Source of the DNA: Calditrichia bacterium
Lineage (GTDB): Bacteria; Calditrichota; Calditrichia; RBG-13-44-9; J075
Assembly: GCA_020635015.1 (NCBI GenBank)
Contig: JACKAP010000006.1
Coordinates: forward strand, 76,998 to 140,997
DNA length: 64,000 nucleotides
Direction: 5' to 3'
Positions 1 to 9,652 of the stretch are shown here, piece by piece (positions within the stretch are counted from its first letter, which is position 1; every line of letters starts with the position of its first letter). The notes under the pieces were generated by a model. That model was not told where the DNA came from and made no database searches. It was given only the letters and a program-made list of their open reading frames with translations. A program made the translations under genes and the position numbers.

Positions 1-1
1 G

Positions 2-940
2 GTGATGAAATCGGCCGGAGAATCGCCCCTGACCTTTGAACGGCCGGAACTGGAACTGGTTGACCGCAACCAAAAAAAGCGCCTGGTGGGCTTTTCGGTG
101 CAGGAATTCACCGATCAAATGAGCGGGGAAGAAGGCTATATCATCTCTCTGAAAGATATCACCTTCACCAAGGAGATCCAGGAAGAGATGCGCCGGGTCG
201 ACCGTCTCGCTTCCCTGGGCGTGATGGCTTCGGGGATCGCCCACGAGATCCGCAATCCCCTGGCGGGCATCAAGGCGATGGCCCAAACCTTCGAGGAAGA
301 GCTGCAGCCAGACGATCCCAAGAACGAATACGTGAAGCGGATCGTGCGCCTGGTGAACCGGTTGGACGATCTGCTGCGCACCCTTTTCTCCTATGCCAAG
401 CCGCCCAAGCCCAACCGGCAGTACTGCAATCTGGATGAAGTGCTGCGGGATGTGTTCAGCCTGATGCGCCAGAAGCTCCGGGAACACAATATCAAACTGA
501 TCAAGCTGATTCATCCGGAATTGCCCCGGGCCTTCGTGGATCCGGGACAGATCCAGCAGGTGCTGGTGAACCTGTTCCTCAACAGCGTGGAGGCGATCAA
601 TAAGAACGGCGAGATTGTCATCTCGATCCAGCCGGTCGGTGAAAAAGAAGCGGCATCCAAGCCCTTCCTTTCCCCGTATCTGATGCTGGGGAAGGCTAAA
701 TTTTTTATCGAGATCCAGATCCGCGATAACGGCTGCGGGATCTCTGAAGAAAACCTCAAGCATATATTCAACCCCTTCTTTACCACCAAGACCTTCGGCA
801 CCGGCCTGGGATTGTCGATCGTCTATCAGATCATCAAAGAAAACGAGGGGTTGATTAATTATGAAAGTGAAGTGGATCAGGGCACGACCTGCTACTTATA
901 TTTACCGGCAGAACAACCCGGTGCCATGATATTGGAATGA
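2..940 (+). CDS. sensor histidine kinase, C-terminal part (5' end cut by window edge)
   Basis: H-box SGIAHEIRNPLAGIKAM. HATPase_c motifs IRDNGCGISEENL and FGTGLGLSIVYQII. Confidence 0.9.
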   Translation: MMKSAGESPLTFERPELELVDRNQKKRLVGFSVQEFTDQMSGEEGYIISLKDITFTKEIQEEMRRVDRLASLGVMASGIAHEIRNPLAGIKAMAQTFEEELQPDDPKNEYVKRIVRLVNRLDDLLRTLFSYAKPPKPNRQYCNLDEVLRDVFSLMRQKLREHNIKLIKLIHPELPRAFVDPGQIQQVLVNLFLNSVEAINKNGEIVISIQPVGEKEAASKPFLSPYLMLGKAKFFIEIQIRDNGCGISEENLKHIFNPFFTTKTFGTGLGLSIVYQIIKENEGLINYESEVDQGTTCYLYLPAEQPGAMILE

Positions 941-1011
941 TAGACAATCAGGGAGGGACTCCGCCGGATTAAATTGGTTACGAAACTGAATTTGCAGTCA
1001 AGGAATCTTCC

Positions 1012-1808
1012 ATGGTCCGTTTTGGTATTACTGAAGACCTCATTCATCAGCCGCTGCTCTATGCCCTGCAGCATTCCCTCATCGATCACCCGTTTGAATT
1101 GATTTCACAGTCGCCGGCACAAAATACGGCCGACCTGTGCCGTGGCAAGCTGGACGCCGCCCTGATTGGCCCGGTCGACTATGCCCGTAACAGCAGTGAA
1201 TTGCTGCTGGTGCCGGATGTTATCGTCTCCAGCCACGGCGCTGCCCGGCACGGCCTGCTTTATTTCCGGGAGAATCAACAGCATATCAGCCGGGTGGTTT
1301 GCCGGGATCTCGATTCCCAATACCGGGTGCTGGCCGATATGGTCATGAAGGAATTCTTCGAAATCGAGATCGAATGGATATCCCTGCCGGGCGGATTTTC
1401 CCTGGAGAAAGCCCTGGGGAATTCCCGGCCTGCCTGGCCGAAGGCCCGGAAGCGCTCCGGGCTTTTCCCCTGGCGGATAATTTTTTCGATCTCCTGGAAG
1501 CGTGGCGTGATAATGCCGAGCTGGATTATGTGCACTATCTGCTGGCCGTGCCGGAGGCCGGGGAGTGGGAAGCGCGGATGGTCGAGCCGCTGCGCCTCTC
1601 CCGGGAACTGGGATTGCGCAATATCAAAAAAATTGCTCAGGATTTTGCGGGCCCTGCCAAAACGGGATGGGATGCCTATTACGACCTGCTGAACGAGGTG
1701 TACCATTATGCGCCGGACGATGCGCTGTGGACCCATCTGCGCGATTATTTTCAATACCTGTTCTACTACGGCGAAATCGAATTCTTGCCGGAGATGCGGT
1801 TCGTTTGA
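1012..1808 (+). pseudogene. MqnA-like chorismate dehydratase (futalosine menaquinone pathway family), reading frame broken once
   Basis: The N-terminal half is in frame 1 (1012..~1420: FGITEDLIHQPLLYAL...LDAALIGPVDY). The C-terminal half is in frame 3 (..1808: ACLAEGPEALRAF...DLLEAWRDNAELDYVHYLLAV). Together they give ~265 aa, a normal family length. The switch is near the G-run ctggggaattc (~1420-1435). Confidence 0.6.
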
Positions 1809-1867
1809 TGAGCGAAGTCTGTGATGGTACATTGAATGCGAAGTTTCTTGTCGTTTTCAATCCGGTG

Positions 1868-1936
1868 TTAGTTGTGGGTGATTGGTTGTTGGGTAAGATA
1901 GGTCTTTGCCAATGACCAATGACCAATCACCAATCG
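1868..1936. repeat. heptamer-arm hairpin: (GGTTGTT/GATTGGT)-core ggtaagataggtctttgcc-(ATGACCA)n
   Basis: Read directly. The core is shared with 20791-20853 (ggttaagacaggtctttgcc). Confidence 0.8.
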
Positions 1937-2020
1937 CAGTTCCTTAAATCTAAAGAACTTAGTGTGCCGTGTAGCAGTGTTTAAAAAAATTTAACCCATA
2001 AAACCGAGAGGCTTGCCGGC

Positions 2021-3217
2021 GTGGATTCCAAGAAAGCGGAACAGCGTTACCTGGATGAAATATCACTTCTGACCAGCAAGGAAGTGGAAGACTATATCCT
2101 GCTCAACCTGAAAAGGATCCGGGAGCGCCGCCGCAAGTTCGATATTCCGGTGATCGGCATTGCCGGTTCAGAGGGAAAAACCACCACCAAGCGGATGCTT
2201 TCGGCCATCCTGCGCCCGGCCCACCAGGTGTTGGAGACCCCGCCCAACTGCTCGACCGCCTCCGGGGTAACCGCCACCCTGCTGGAGATGAACCAGACCC
2301 ATCAATACGCCCTGCTGGAACTGGGGATTGTCAAATCCAAACAGTTTGAACTGGCGGTGCAGGTCGCCGAACCGACCATCGCCGCGATAACCAACATCGG
2401 AGAGGCGCATCTGGCCAACCTGGGCGATAAATACCACATCGCCGATGCCAAGGTCGAGCTGATCAAGCGTCTGCCCCCGGATGGCTATGCGGTGCTGAAT
2501 ATCGATGATGACCTGGTCAGCGAGCTTGCCGCCCATTCGACCAGCCGGAGGGTGATCAAGTTCGGCTTAAATAAAAATGCCCAATTCTTTGCCAATAAGA
2601 TCGAATATCTGGGGCCGGAGGGAATCCGCTTTCACGTGAACGGCTTTTATCCCTTCCACATGCCGATTTACGGTTCTGCCTCAATCTATAATGCCCTGCT
2701 GGCGATTTCGGTGGCCCGGTTGCTGGAGATCGAATTTGAGGAGATCCAGGAAGGGCTGGAGCAGCGTTTTTCCCTGCTCGATCACACCGGCAATCTGACC
2801 CGCCGCGACAATATCAATATCCTCGATTATACCTACGATGCCTCGATCAACTCAGTCACCAAGGCCTGCGAGTCGCTGGCCCAGTTTAAACCCTTCTCGG
2901 AAAAGCTGATCCTGGTGATCGGCGATATCCGCAATCCCGGGCCGGATGTGGCCGGCACCCACCTGAAAATGGGCTACTATATCGCCGCCCAGCCGATCGA
3001 TGTGGTGTTGACCATCGGCGAGGATGCCCGCCTGATCGGCGAGGGAATCCGGCGACTCAATCACACCAAAAAGATCGTGGAATGCAGCGGCGATGCACCC
3101 ACGCTTCTGGAGCGGCTCGCTGCCCACCTGACCCCGAACAGCACCGTGCTGTTTATCGGCAGCAAGGAGCTGCACCTGGAGGATACGCTGCAGGCGCTGC
3201 TGAAGATGATTGGGTGA
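2021..3217 (+). CDS. Mur ligase family protein (MurF-like, lacks the usual N-terminal domain)
   Basis: GTG start. Mur ligase P-loop VIGIAGSEGKTTTKRML, then central and C-terminal Mur ligase-like regions. 398 aa. Confidence 0.75.
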   Translation: MDSKKAEQRYLDEISLLTSKEVEDYILLNLKRIRERRRKFDIPVIGIAGSEGKTTTKRMLSAILRPAHQVLETPPNCSTASGVTATLLEMNQTHQYALLELGIVKSKQFELAVQVAEPTIAAITNIGEAHLANLGDKYHIADAKVELIKRLPPDGYAVLNIDDDLVSELAAHSTSRRVIKFGLNKNAQFFANKIEYLGPEGIRFHVNGFYPFHMPIYGSASIYNALLAISVARLLEIEFEEIQEGLEQRFSLLDHTGNLTRRDNINILDYTYDASINSVTKACESLAQFKPFSEKLILVIGDIRNPGPDVAGTHLKMGYYIAAQPIDVVLTIGEDARLIGEGIRRLNHTKKIVECSGDAPTLLERLAAHLTPNSTVLFIGSKELHLEDTLQALLKMIG

Positions 3218-3326
3218 ATGGGTTAATGGGTGGATGGGTTAATGGGTAAGAACGGATGTACGTCAACTGATTTTACACCCATTCACTCATTCACCCATTC
3301 ACTCATTCACCCATTCACCCATTCAC
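3212..3326. repeat. hairpin of (GGGTGAAT/GGGTTAAT)n and complementary (ACCCATTC/ACTCATTC)n arms
   Basis: gggtgaatgggttaatgggtggatgggttaatggg ... cacccattcactcattcacccattcactcattcacccattcacccattcac. The left arm begins within the last codon of the Mur-ligase gene and spans its stop. Confidence 0.85.
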
Positions 3327-3438
3327 GTTTTTTATATTCCCCCATTGTAAATATCCCATAAAAGCTTTACCTTTAACTCTTTCGAGCCGGAAATGTCAGA
3401 ATTTATTGTGTTGATTTTTTTGAAGTTAAAGGTTTTGT

Positions 3439-4056
3439 ATGATTCACCAGGACATTCACTTTGACACGCCCCACACCCGCACCATCCATAGCGCCGTGGA
3501 AGCGCTGGAAAAGGGCGGCAGCATTATTTATCCCACGGATACGGTCTATGGGATCGGATGCAGCATTTACCGCAAAAGTGCGATCGAACGGCTCTACAAG
3601 ATCAAGGGAAAGTCGAAGTTCGATCCCATGAGCCTGATCTGCAACTCCATCCAGCAGGCGGCGGAGTATGCCCAGATTTCCAATACCGTCTTCCGGATTC
3701 TCAAGCGTTGTTTTCCAGGGCCATACACCGTGGTGCTGCCCGCCAAGCACGGCATTGCCAAGCTGATGCTGTCGCGCCAGAAGGAGATCGGTATCCGCAT
3801 TCCGGACAGCCCGGTTTGCCAGATGCTGGTAGAGGGATTGGGCCACCCGCTGCTCAATACCTCGGTGAATGTATTCTTTGACGAAGACTGGTTTGATGAG
3901 GGGGAAGACACTGAAAAATTTCTCGATTTCGCGGAAATTTTTCTCGATGCCGGCCCGCTTCCGGAAAGTCGGGAATCGACCGTGGTGAAGATCCACGATC
4001 ACGAGATCGAGATTCTCCGCGAGGGCAAAGGGGATCCGGAGGTGTTGTTTTATTGA
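3439..4056 (+). CDS. tsaC: L-threonylcarbamoyladenylate synthase (YrdC/TsaC family)
   Basis: Family motif IIYPTDTVYGIGCSIY. 205 aa. Confidence 0.85.
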   Translation: MIHQDIHFDTPHTRTIHSAVEALEKGGSIIYPTDTVYGIGCSIYRKSAIERLYKIKGKSKFDPMSLICNSIQQAAEYAQISNTVFRILKRCFPGPYTVVLPAKHGIAKLMLSRQKEIGIRIPDSPVCQMLVEGLGHPLLNTSVNVFFDEDWFDEGEDTEKFLDFAEIFLDAGPLPESRESTVVKIHDHEIEILREGKGDPEVLFY

Positions 4057-4099
4057 GGCCGTGCCCGTCGCGCCGGATTGCGCATGGAAGGGCACGTAT

Positions 4100-4127
4100 G
4101 TAGGGTAGGGTCGCGACCCTACCCTAC
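4100..4127. repeat. 28-nt perfect palindrome GTAGGGTAGGGTCGCGACCCTACCCTAC
   Basis: Read directly. Lies downstream of tsaC and is followed by (ACATCCA)n at 4145-4175. A near-identical copy is at 60768-60792. Confidence 0.9.
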
Positions 4128-4192
4128 GCGCGCGAATGGTGCAAACATCCAACATCCAACATCCGACATTCGAAACATCACAAGGAGTTCAC

Positions 4193-4579
4193 ATGAAAAA
4201 AATCATCCGCACCGACAAAGCGCCCCTCCCGGTGGGGCCGTACAATCAGGCGGTCGTCATCAATGGGCTGGTGTTTACCGCCGGGCAGATCGCGATCGAT
4301 CCGGCGACCAATCAACTGCTGCCCGGGGATGTGGAAGCCCAAACCCGGCTGGTGATGGAGAATCTCCGCGCTTTGCTGAATGCGGCCGGCGCCAGCCTGG
4401 AAAGGGTGATCAAAACCACCATTTTTCTCAAGGATATGAATGATTTTCCCCGGGTGAATGCGGTTTACGGCAGTTTCTTTGAAGCAGCCAGTGCCCCGGC
4501 ACGCTCCACCGTCGAGGTGAGCCGCCTGCCGAAAGACGTGCTGGTGGAGATCGAGTGTATCGCCGAAGTGAACGGATAA
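4193..4579 (+). CDS. ridA: RidA/YjgF family reactive-intermediate deaminase
   Basis: MKKIIRTDKAPLPVGPYNQAVVINGLVFTAGQIAIDP. AAGGAG RBS lies 6 nt upstream of ATG 4193. The longer ORF from 4136 runs through repeat DNA. Confidence 0.85.
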   Translation: MKKIIRTDKAPLPVGPYNQAVVINGLVFTAGQIAIDPATNQLLPGDVEAQTRLVMENLRALLNAAGASLERVIKTTIFLKDMNDFPRVNAVYGSFFEAASAPARSTVEVSRLPKDVLVEIECIAEVNG

Positions 4580-4582
4580 CGC

Positions 4583-5476
4583 TTGCCGGCGGCCTATCAT
4601 CTGATCTTTAATCCTGCTGCCGGAAGGGGACGGGCGATACGGGAAACCGCTGCCGTGAGCGCCGAAGTGCGCCGGCAACTGGGAGATGTCGCCATCTACC
4701 ATACCGATCGGAAGGGACACGCCGCGGAGATCGCCGCCTCCCTCCGCGGGCAGGGGGTGACGGTGATTGCCGCCGGAGGTGACGGCACCGTTCACGAGAT
4801 CGTCAACGGGCTGGTGGGAGGCAATTGCACCCTGGGCATCATCCCGATCGGCAGCGGCAACGATTTTGTCAAAATGCTCAACCTGAAGGGCGGCGACTGG
4901 CGTAGCGCGGTGGCGGCGATTCGCCGCGGGCACACCCTGCAGGCAGACGTCGGAAAGGTCGGAGCGGTGTATTTTCCCAACGGGGTGGGGATCGGTTTCG
5001 ATGCCGAGGCGCTGATCGAAAGCCATAAGATGAAGCATTTGAAGGGATTTGCGCTCTATTTCGCTTCGGTGCTGAAAGCACTGCGCCGCTATCGCAACCG
5101 CACCGTGACCCTCACCATCGACGGCCGGCGTCAGACCCGGGAGATTTTCCTGATCGCGGTCGGGAATGGCGAGTGTGCCGGCGGCGGGTTTTACCTGACC
5201 CCCGGGGCGCGGATCGACGACGGCCGGCTGGATGTCTGCATCGCCCGGGCGCTGAAATTAAGCGAGATCCTGCTGCTGCTGCCCCGGGTGGTCAAAGGGA
5301 AGCATATCGGCATGCCGCAGGTGGAATATTTGCAGGCGGAACATCTGCGGATTGAATCCGCGCAGGGCATTCCGGCTCATGCCGACGGCGAATTGCTGGG
5401 AGCGGATCTCCGGGAACTGGAAATCGAACTTCTCCCCGCCGCCCTGAAAGTGATCCATAACCTGAATCCGGATTGA
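4583..5476 (+). CDS. diacylglycerol/lipid kinase family protein (YegS/BmrU-like)
   Basis: Catalytic-domain motif VIAAGGDGTVHEIVNGL. TTG start 4 nt after the ridA stop. Confidence 0.8.
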   Translation: MPAAYHLIFNPAAGRGRAIRETAAVSAEVRRQLGDVAIYHTDRKGHAAEIAASLRGQGVTVIAAGGDGTVHEIVNGLVGGNCTLGIIPIGSGNDFVKMLNLKGGDWRSAVAAIRRGHTLQADVGKVGAVYFPNGVGIGFDAEALIESHKMKHLKGFALYFASVLKALRRYRNRTVTLTIDGRRQTREIFLIAVGNGECAGGGFYLTPGARIDDGRLDVCIARALKLSEILLLLPRVVKGKHIGMPQVEYLQAEHLRIESAQGIPAHADGELLGADLRELEIELLPAALKVIHNLNPD

Positions 5477-5543
5477 GTTTGGGCGTATATTGAAATTGTT
5501 GATGGGGTGGTGTGCTGTGTTCAAGTTGTTTGCGGTTTTAGAT

Positions 5544-5622
5544 CGTTGTTGGTTGTTGGCTTTTGGTTAAAGACCAAAGACCAACAACCAAGGACCAACA
5601 ACCAAGGACCAACAACCAACAA
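5544..5622. repeat. (GTTGTTG)n / (CAACAACCAAGGAC)n hairpin-forming repeat
   Basis: cgttgttggttgttggcttttggttaaagaccaaagaccaacaaccaaggaccaacaaccaaggaccaacaaccaacaagg. Ends just before ATG 5626. Confidence 0.85.
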
Positions 5623-5625
5623 GGT

Positions 5626-6132
5626 ATGCTGTTGAAAAACCTTTGTTTATACATTTTTGTTCTGGCCCTGTGGAGCGTTGCCGGCCGGGCGCAGACAACC
5701 GCGGATAGCAGCACTGTCAATATTGTGAGCAGCGCCGGGATCGATACTCTGCGCCTGCTGTCCGACGAGCCGCTGAAATCCCCGATGGGAGCGATGCTGC
5801 GTTCGGCACTATTGCCGGGGTGGGGGCAGCTTTATAACCGCTCCTACATCAAGAGCGGGGTGGTTGTGGCTGTCCACGGATTTCTGCTCTACAAAGTGCT
5901 GGATAATAACCGGCGCTGGCTGGATCTGCGCAAGGTAAAAGACCCCGGGCGCTACAACGCCAAAGATACCCGTAATCGCTATATCTGGTATACCGGCCTG
6001 GCCTATCTGCTCAACCTGGTCGATGCCTATGTCGATGCCTATTTGTTCGGCTTTGACGATGTCATCGATCTCACCTGGCAGCCGCTGCCGGGGCAAAATA
6101 GCCAGACCCTGACCCTCCACATCAAATTATAA
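5626..6132 (+). CDS. DUF5683-like membrane/secreted protein
   Basis: Signal peptide MLLKNLCLYIFVLALWSVAGRAQ. Motif RSALLPGWGQLYNRSYIKSG. The ORF portion upstream of 5626 is translated heptamer repeat. Confidence 0.5.
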   Translation: MLLKNLCLYIFVLALWSVAGRAQTTADSSTVNIVSSAGIDTLRLLSDEPLKSPMGAMLRSALLPGWGQLYNRSYIKSGVVVAVHGFLLYKVLDNNRRWLDLRKVKDPGRYNAKDTRNRYIWYTGLAYLLNLVDAYVDAYLFGFDDVIDLTWQPLPGQNSQTLTLHIKL

Positions 6133-6141
6133 CCGGCGTCT

Positions 6142-7098
6142 GTGAGTGAATTGATTCGAATCCTGGACTATCTCTACCTTACCCGCCCGGTGCTGTTCTT
6201 CCCGGGCTGGGCCACTCTCCTGGCGGGTTACCTGGTGGCTGCCGGTGATGCCGGCCGGATCCTGCCGCTGCCGCCGGAAATCCGGCCCCTGTTCTGGCAC
6301 GGAGGCATCGTCACCGCCATGCTCAGCTTTGCCGGGGCGATGGGGGGAAGCTTTATCCTCAATCAGCTCCAGGATGTCGATAGCGACCGCAAAAATCAAA
6401 AACTTTTCCTGCTGGGAGACGGCCTGGTGCCGCTGCGTCACGGCTATATCGAGAGCGCGCTGCTGCTCGGAGGCAGCCTCCTCGCTGCCGTTGTCTGTGG
6501 CCTTCAGTATGCGGCTTTTACAGCGGTTTTTATCCTGGTGACCGGCTATCTGTACAATTATCCGCCGTTCCGTTTCAAGGATTATCCCCTCCGCGGCCTG
6601 ATTGCCAATATGCTAATGGGCTGGCTGGCTTTCATCCTGGGCGGGCTGCTGCTGACCGCTTTCAACCATATCCTGTTGCTGCAGTCGCTGCCCTACCTGG
6701 CCTATAATACGGCCCTCTACTTCCTGACCACCATCCCGGACCGGGAAGGGGACGCGGCGGTGAAGAAAGTAACCTTCCCGGTTCGTTACGGATTTTCCGC
6801 CACCTTATGGATCAGCAGCGGCTGTTATCTCCTGGCCGCTTTGCTGGGATGCTACCTGGGAGATCAATTCCTGCTGATCATCCTGGCCGCGGTCGCCCCT
6901 TTCTGGCTCTATGCCCTGATCCGCCATACATCTGCGGCGGTGATAATTGCGCTGAAAATGGGTATTTTCTTTTTTTCGATAGGTGTATGTATTAAATTCC
7001 CCCTGTTTGGCGTATTGATCATTGCGACCTACTATGTGACGCGATTTTACTACAAAAGACGGTTCAACTTCGATTATCCCAATTTCAAAGGCCGATAA
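6142..7098 (+). CDS. UbiA family prenyltransferase
   Basis: Polytopic membrane protein with the Asp-rich motif NQLQDVDSDRKN. GTG start. Confidence 0.75.
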   Translation: MSELIRILDYLYLTRPVLFFPGWATLLAGYLVAAGDAGRILPLPPEIRPLFWHGGIVTAMLSFAGAMGGSFILNQLQDVDSDRKNQKLFLLGDGLVPLRHGYIESALLLGGSLLAAVVCGLQYAAFTAVFILVTGYLYNYPPFRFKDYPLRGLIANMLMGWLAFILGGLLLTAFNHILLLQSLPYLAYNTALYFLTTIPDREGDAAVKKVTFPVRYGFSATLWISSGCYLLAALLGCYLGDQFLLIILAAVAPFWLYALIRHTSAAVIIALKMGIFFFSIGVCIKFPLFGVLIIATYYVTRFYYKRRFNFDYPNFKGR

Positions 7099-7194
7099 TC
7101 GGCGGTTATTGGAAAAACGCGCGAGATGAATGTGAGATTTATTATTTGCGGGTGAAATTAGTTATATATTTTAAAACGGTTCATAGCAAAAAGA

Positions 7195-8601
7195 TTGTCA
7201 ATGGATACGGTACTTAGTCAAATATTTCTCTATCTGGCCAGCATATACATGATCAATGGCATATTGATCAATATCTTTCGCCGTTTGAAGTTAGCCGATT
7301 TTATCGCTCACATATTGACCGGGATCGTCTTTAGCCTGTTGCTGATGGGGTGGGGCGAGTTTTTCGGCAGCGCGGGAACCGCCCCGTTTAACCACAACGG
7401 CCAGCTGGATCTTTTCTTTCGCCAATCCCAGTTGAACAGCGCTGCGGCGGAAGGGGATACGCTGAATCCGGTGCTGTCGCCGGACAGCGCCGCCATGCCG
7501 GTTGCCGGGGAAACAAATGCCCGGGTCGATGCGCTGCCGCCGGAAATCGCGGCGGCGGATAATCCCGACGCCCACTTCCTGCTGCTGATCAAATTCATGA
7601 TCACGGTTGGGTTGCTGCTCTTCCTGATGCAGTTGGGGCTGAACTTTGATCCCCGGTTCTTCCGGATGAAGAAGGAGGAGAACACCTGGCGCCAGGTGGG
7701 CATCTTCGCCGGCCTGACCGCGCTGATCGTCGGTCTGAGCAGCTACTTCCTGGTGCTGGAGCGCGACCTGCTGCTGTCCGGCCTGACCGTGATCGCTTTT
7801 CTCAGCATCCACATCGGTGCGGTGCTCTCCTATAATTTCCCAGTCTCCGCCCGCATGCAGCGGCCTTTCATCTTCCTGATCCAGTTGGCGATCCTGCTGG
7901 ATATTATCGTGATCGGCATCTATTCCGCCCTGGAAATTTATGTCAAATATCAAAATTATACCTTTTCTAAGCATGGTATTCACGGCATCTATTTGCTGAT
8001 CCTGCTGTTGTTCGTCATCCCGATTGTCTTCAACAAGGCCTCCGTCGCCATCTTCAAGACCTTATCCAAATGGATGGGAGAATATACCCTACTGCTCAAA
8101 CTGGGTATCCTGTTTTTCTTCTTTTATGCCGGCTTCCAGGCGGAGCTGTCGGTGCTGCTGCTGGGATTGTGGGCGGGACTGCTCTTCAATGCCCTGATGG
8201 ACATCTCCGAATTCGAATTTCGCCAGAAATTTTTTGCCGGGGCTTCGTTTCTTTATATCCTGCCGTTTGTCGAAATCGGGCGCTCATTGTTTTTTGGCGA
8301 ATTATATCAGCGCGGGTTTTGGATACACCTGGGGGTGATGATCGGTGCTCTGGTGCTGGTTTCCCTGGTGATGGGATTTCTCCAGCGGGGTGAACGGCAA
8401 TATCCGCTGGTCATTTCCGCCGGAACCTTTCCGCGGGGCGAATTGACCGTGTTGATCATCTGGCTGTTCAAGGAGATCGGCTGGATCCCGCTTTCGGTGT
8501 TTACCCTGCTGGTGGTGGTGGTGATCGTCACCAATCTGATCGGGACGGTAATGGGAAAGATCTTGTTCATCCGGCCGCTGCGGCGACAGATGCGCACCTG
8601 A
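7195..8601 (+). CDS. polytopic membrane protein, possibly cation/H+ exchanger family
   Basis: 468 aa with many hydrophobic segments. The N-terminus resembles Na+/H+ exchanger helices, and a ~60-aa soluble insert follows TM2. Family assignment is tentative. Confidence 0.4.
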   Translation: MSMDTVLSQIFLYLASIYMINGILINIFRRLKLADFIAHILTGIVFSLLLMGWGEFFGSAGTAPFNHNGQLDLFFRQSQLNSAAAEGDTLNPVLSPDSAAMPVAGETNARVDALPPEIAAADNPDAHFLLLIKFMITVGLLLFLMQLGLNFDPRFFRMKKEENTWRQVGIFAGLTALIVGLSSYFLVLERDLLLSGLTVIAFLSIHIGAVLSYNFPVSARMQRPFIFLIQLAILLDIIVIGIYSALEIYVKYQNYTFSKHGIHGIYLLILLLFVIPIVFNKASVAIFKTLSKWMGEYTLLLKLGILFFFFYAGFQAELSVLLLGLWAGLLFNALMDISEFEFRQKFFAGASFLYILPFVEIGRSLFFGELYQRGFWIHLGVMIGALVLVSLVMGFLQRGERQYPLVISAGTFPRGELTVLIIWLFKEIGWIPLSVFTLLVVVVIVTNLIGTVMGKILFIRPLRRQMRT

Positions 8602-8636
8602 GCGCGGTTCATTCTAACCTGGAAGGAAAATACTTC

Positions 8637-9560
8637 ATGGCTTCGATTTTCGATAAGATCAAACAAGGATTCAGCAGAACCCGAGAGCAGGTCTTTGACC
8701 GCATCAATCACGCTATCAATGCCAAGAAAAAGATCGATGATGAGCTGCTGGAAGAAATCGAGGAAATCCTGATCTCCGGTGATGTCGGGGTGGAGACCAC
8801 CCTGGAGATCATCGAAAACGTCAAGCAGCGGGTGCGGAAAGAGAAGTATGAAGAATCGCACGAACTCTATCGGATCCTGCGCGAGGAAGTAGCGGGCATC
8901 TTTCCGGAGAAGCAATTCCGGGAAGATGGGCTGAGCAACCGGCCTTATGTGATCCTGGTGATCGGGGTGAACGGCACCGGCAAGACCACCACCATCGGCA
9001 AGCTGGCCAACCGTTTTCGCCAGCAGGGCAAGAAAGTGCTGCTGGCGGCGGGCGATACCTTCCGGGCGGCGGCCATCGAGCAGTTGGAGATCTGGGCGCA
9101 GCGGGTGAATGTCGACCTTGTCAAGCACCAATTTGGCGCCGATCCCGGGGCAGTGGCCTTCGACGCCATCCAGGCGGGGCGCTCGCGCCAGGCGGATGTG
9201 GTGATTATCGATACCGCCGGGCGGCTGCATACCAAAGTGAACTTGATGGAAGAGCTGAAAAAGGTGCAGCGGGTGATCCAGAAAGTGGACCCGGGCGCCC
9301 CCCATCTCAATCTGCTGGTTCTCGACGGCACCACCGGCCAGAATGCCCTCAACCAGGCCCGCCAGTTTATCGATGCCGTGGGGGTGGACGGCATCGTGCT
9401 GACTAAGCTCGACGGCACCGCCAAAGGCGGGGCGGTGATCGGGATCGCCCACCAGTTGAAACTGCCGGTAGAATACATCGGGGTGGGGGAGGGGATCGAT
9501 GATCTCCAGCCGTTTGATCCTCAACTCTATGCGGAAAGCCTTTTCGCAAATGCGGAATGA
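8637..9560 (+). CDS. ftsY: signal recognition particle receptor FtsY (NG domain only)
   Basis: SRP GTPase motifs [22 protein letters not shown] and [11 protein letters not shown]. Confidence 0.92.
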   Translation: MASIFDKIKQGFSRTREQVFDRINHAINAKKKIDDELLEEIEEILISGDVGVETTLEIIENVKQRVRKEKYEESHELYRILREEVAGIFPEKQFREDGLSNRPYVILVIGVNGTGKTTTIGKLANRFRQQGKKVLLAAGDTFRAAAIEQLEIWAQRVNVDLVKHQFGADPGAVAFDAIQAGRSRQADVVIIDTAGRLHTKVNLMEELKKVQRVIQKVDPGAPHLNLLVLDGTTGQNALNQARQFIDAVGVDGIVLTKLDGTAKGGAVIGIAHQLKLPVEYIGVGEGIDDLQPFDPQLYAESLFANAE

Positions 9561-9652
9561 ACCGCATCCAGCATCCAGCATCCAGCACCGAGCAAATTAA
9601 CCCGTTCAGGGGATAGCATTCATAAAAACAATTTTGTATATCTCAACTGATT

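Noticed and set aside
6155-6163. tRNA T-arm-like TTCGAATCC
   Set aside because: It lies inside the first codons of the UbiA-family CDS with no flanking acceptor or anticodon stems. No tRNA could be folded by eye anywhere in the window.
8307-9581. Very long antisense ORFs opposite well-supported genes: 8307..9581 (ftsY), 9620..10588 (rimO), 19584..20768 (kinase), 24073..25278 (M61), 36671..37954 (decarboxylase), 40714..41841 (UT-M23), 43964..45175 (S9 peptidase), 55685..57106 (FMO), 46853..47704 (ald)
   Set aside because: Each lies antisense to a gene with clear family motifs. Their translations are Arg/Gly/Pro/His-rich low-information sequence with no recognisable motif. Such shadow ORFs are expected in GC-rich coding DNA.
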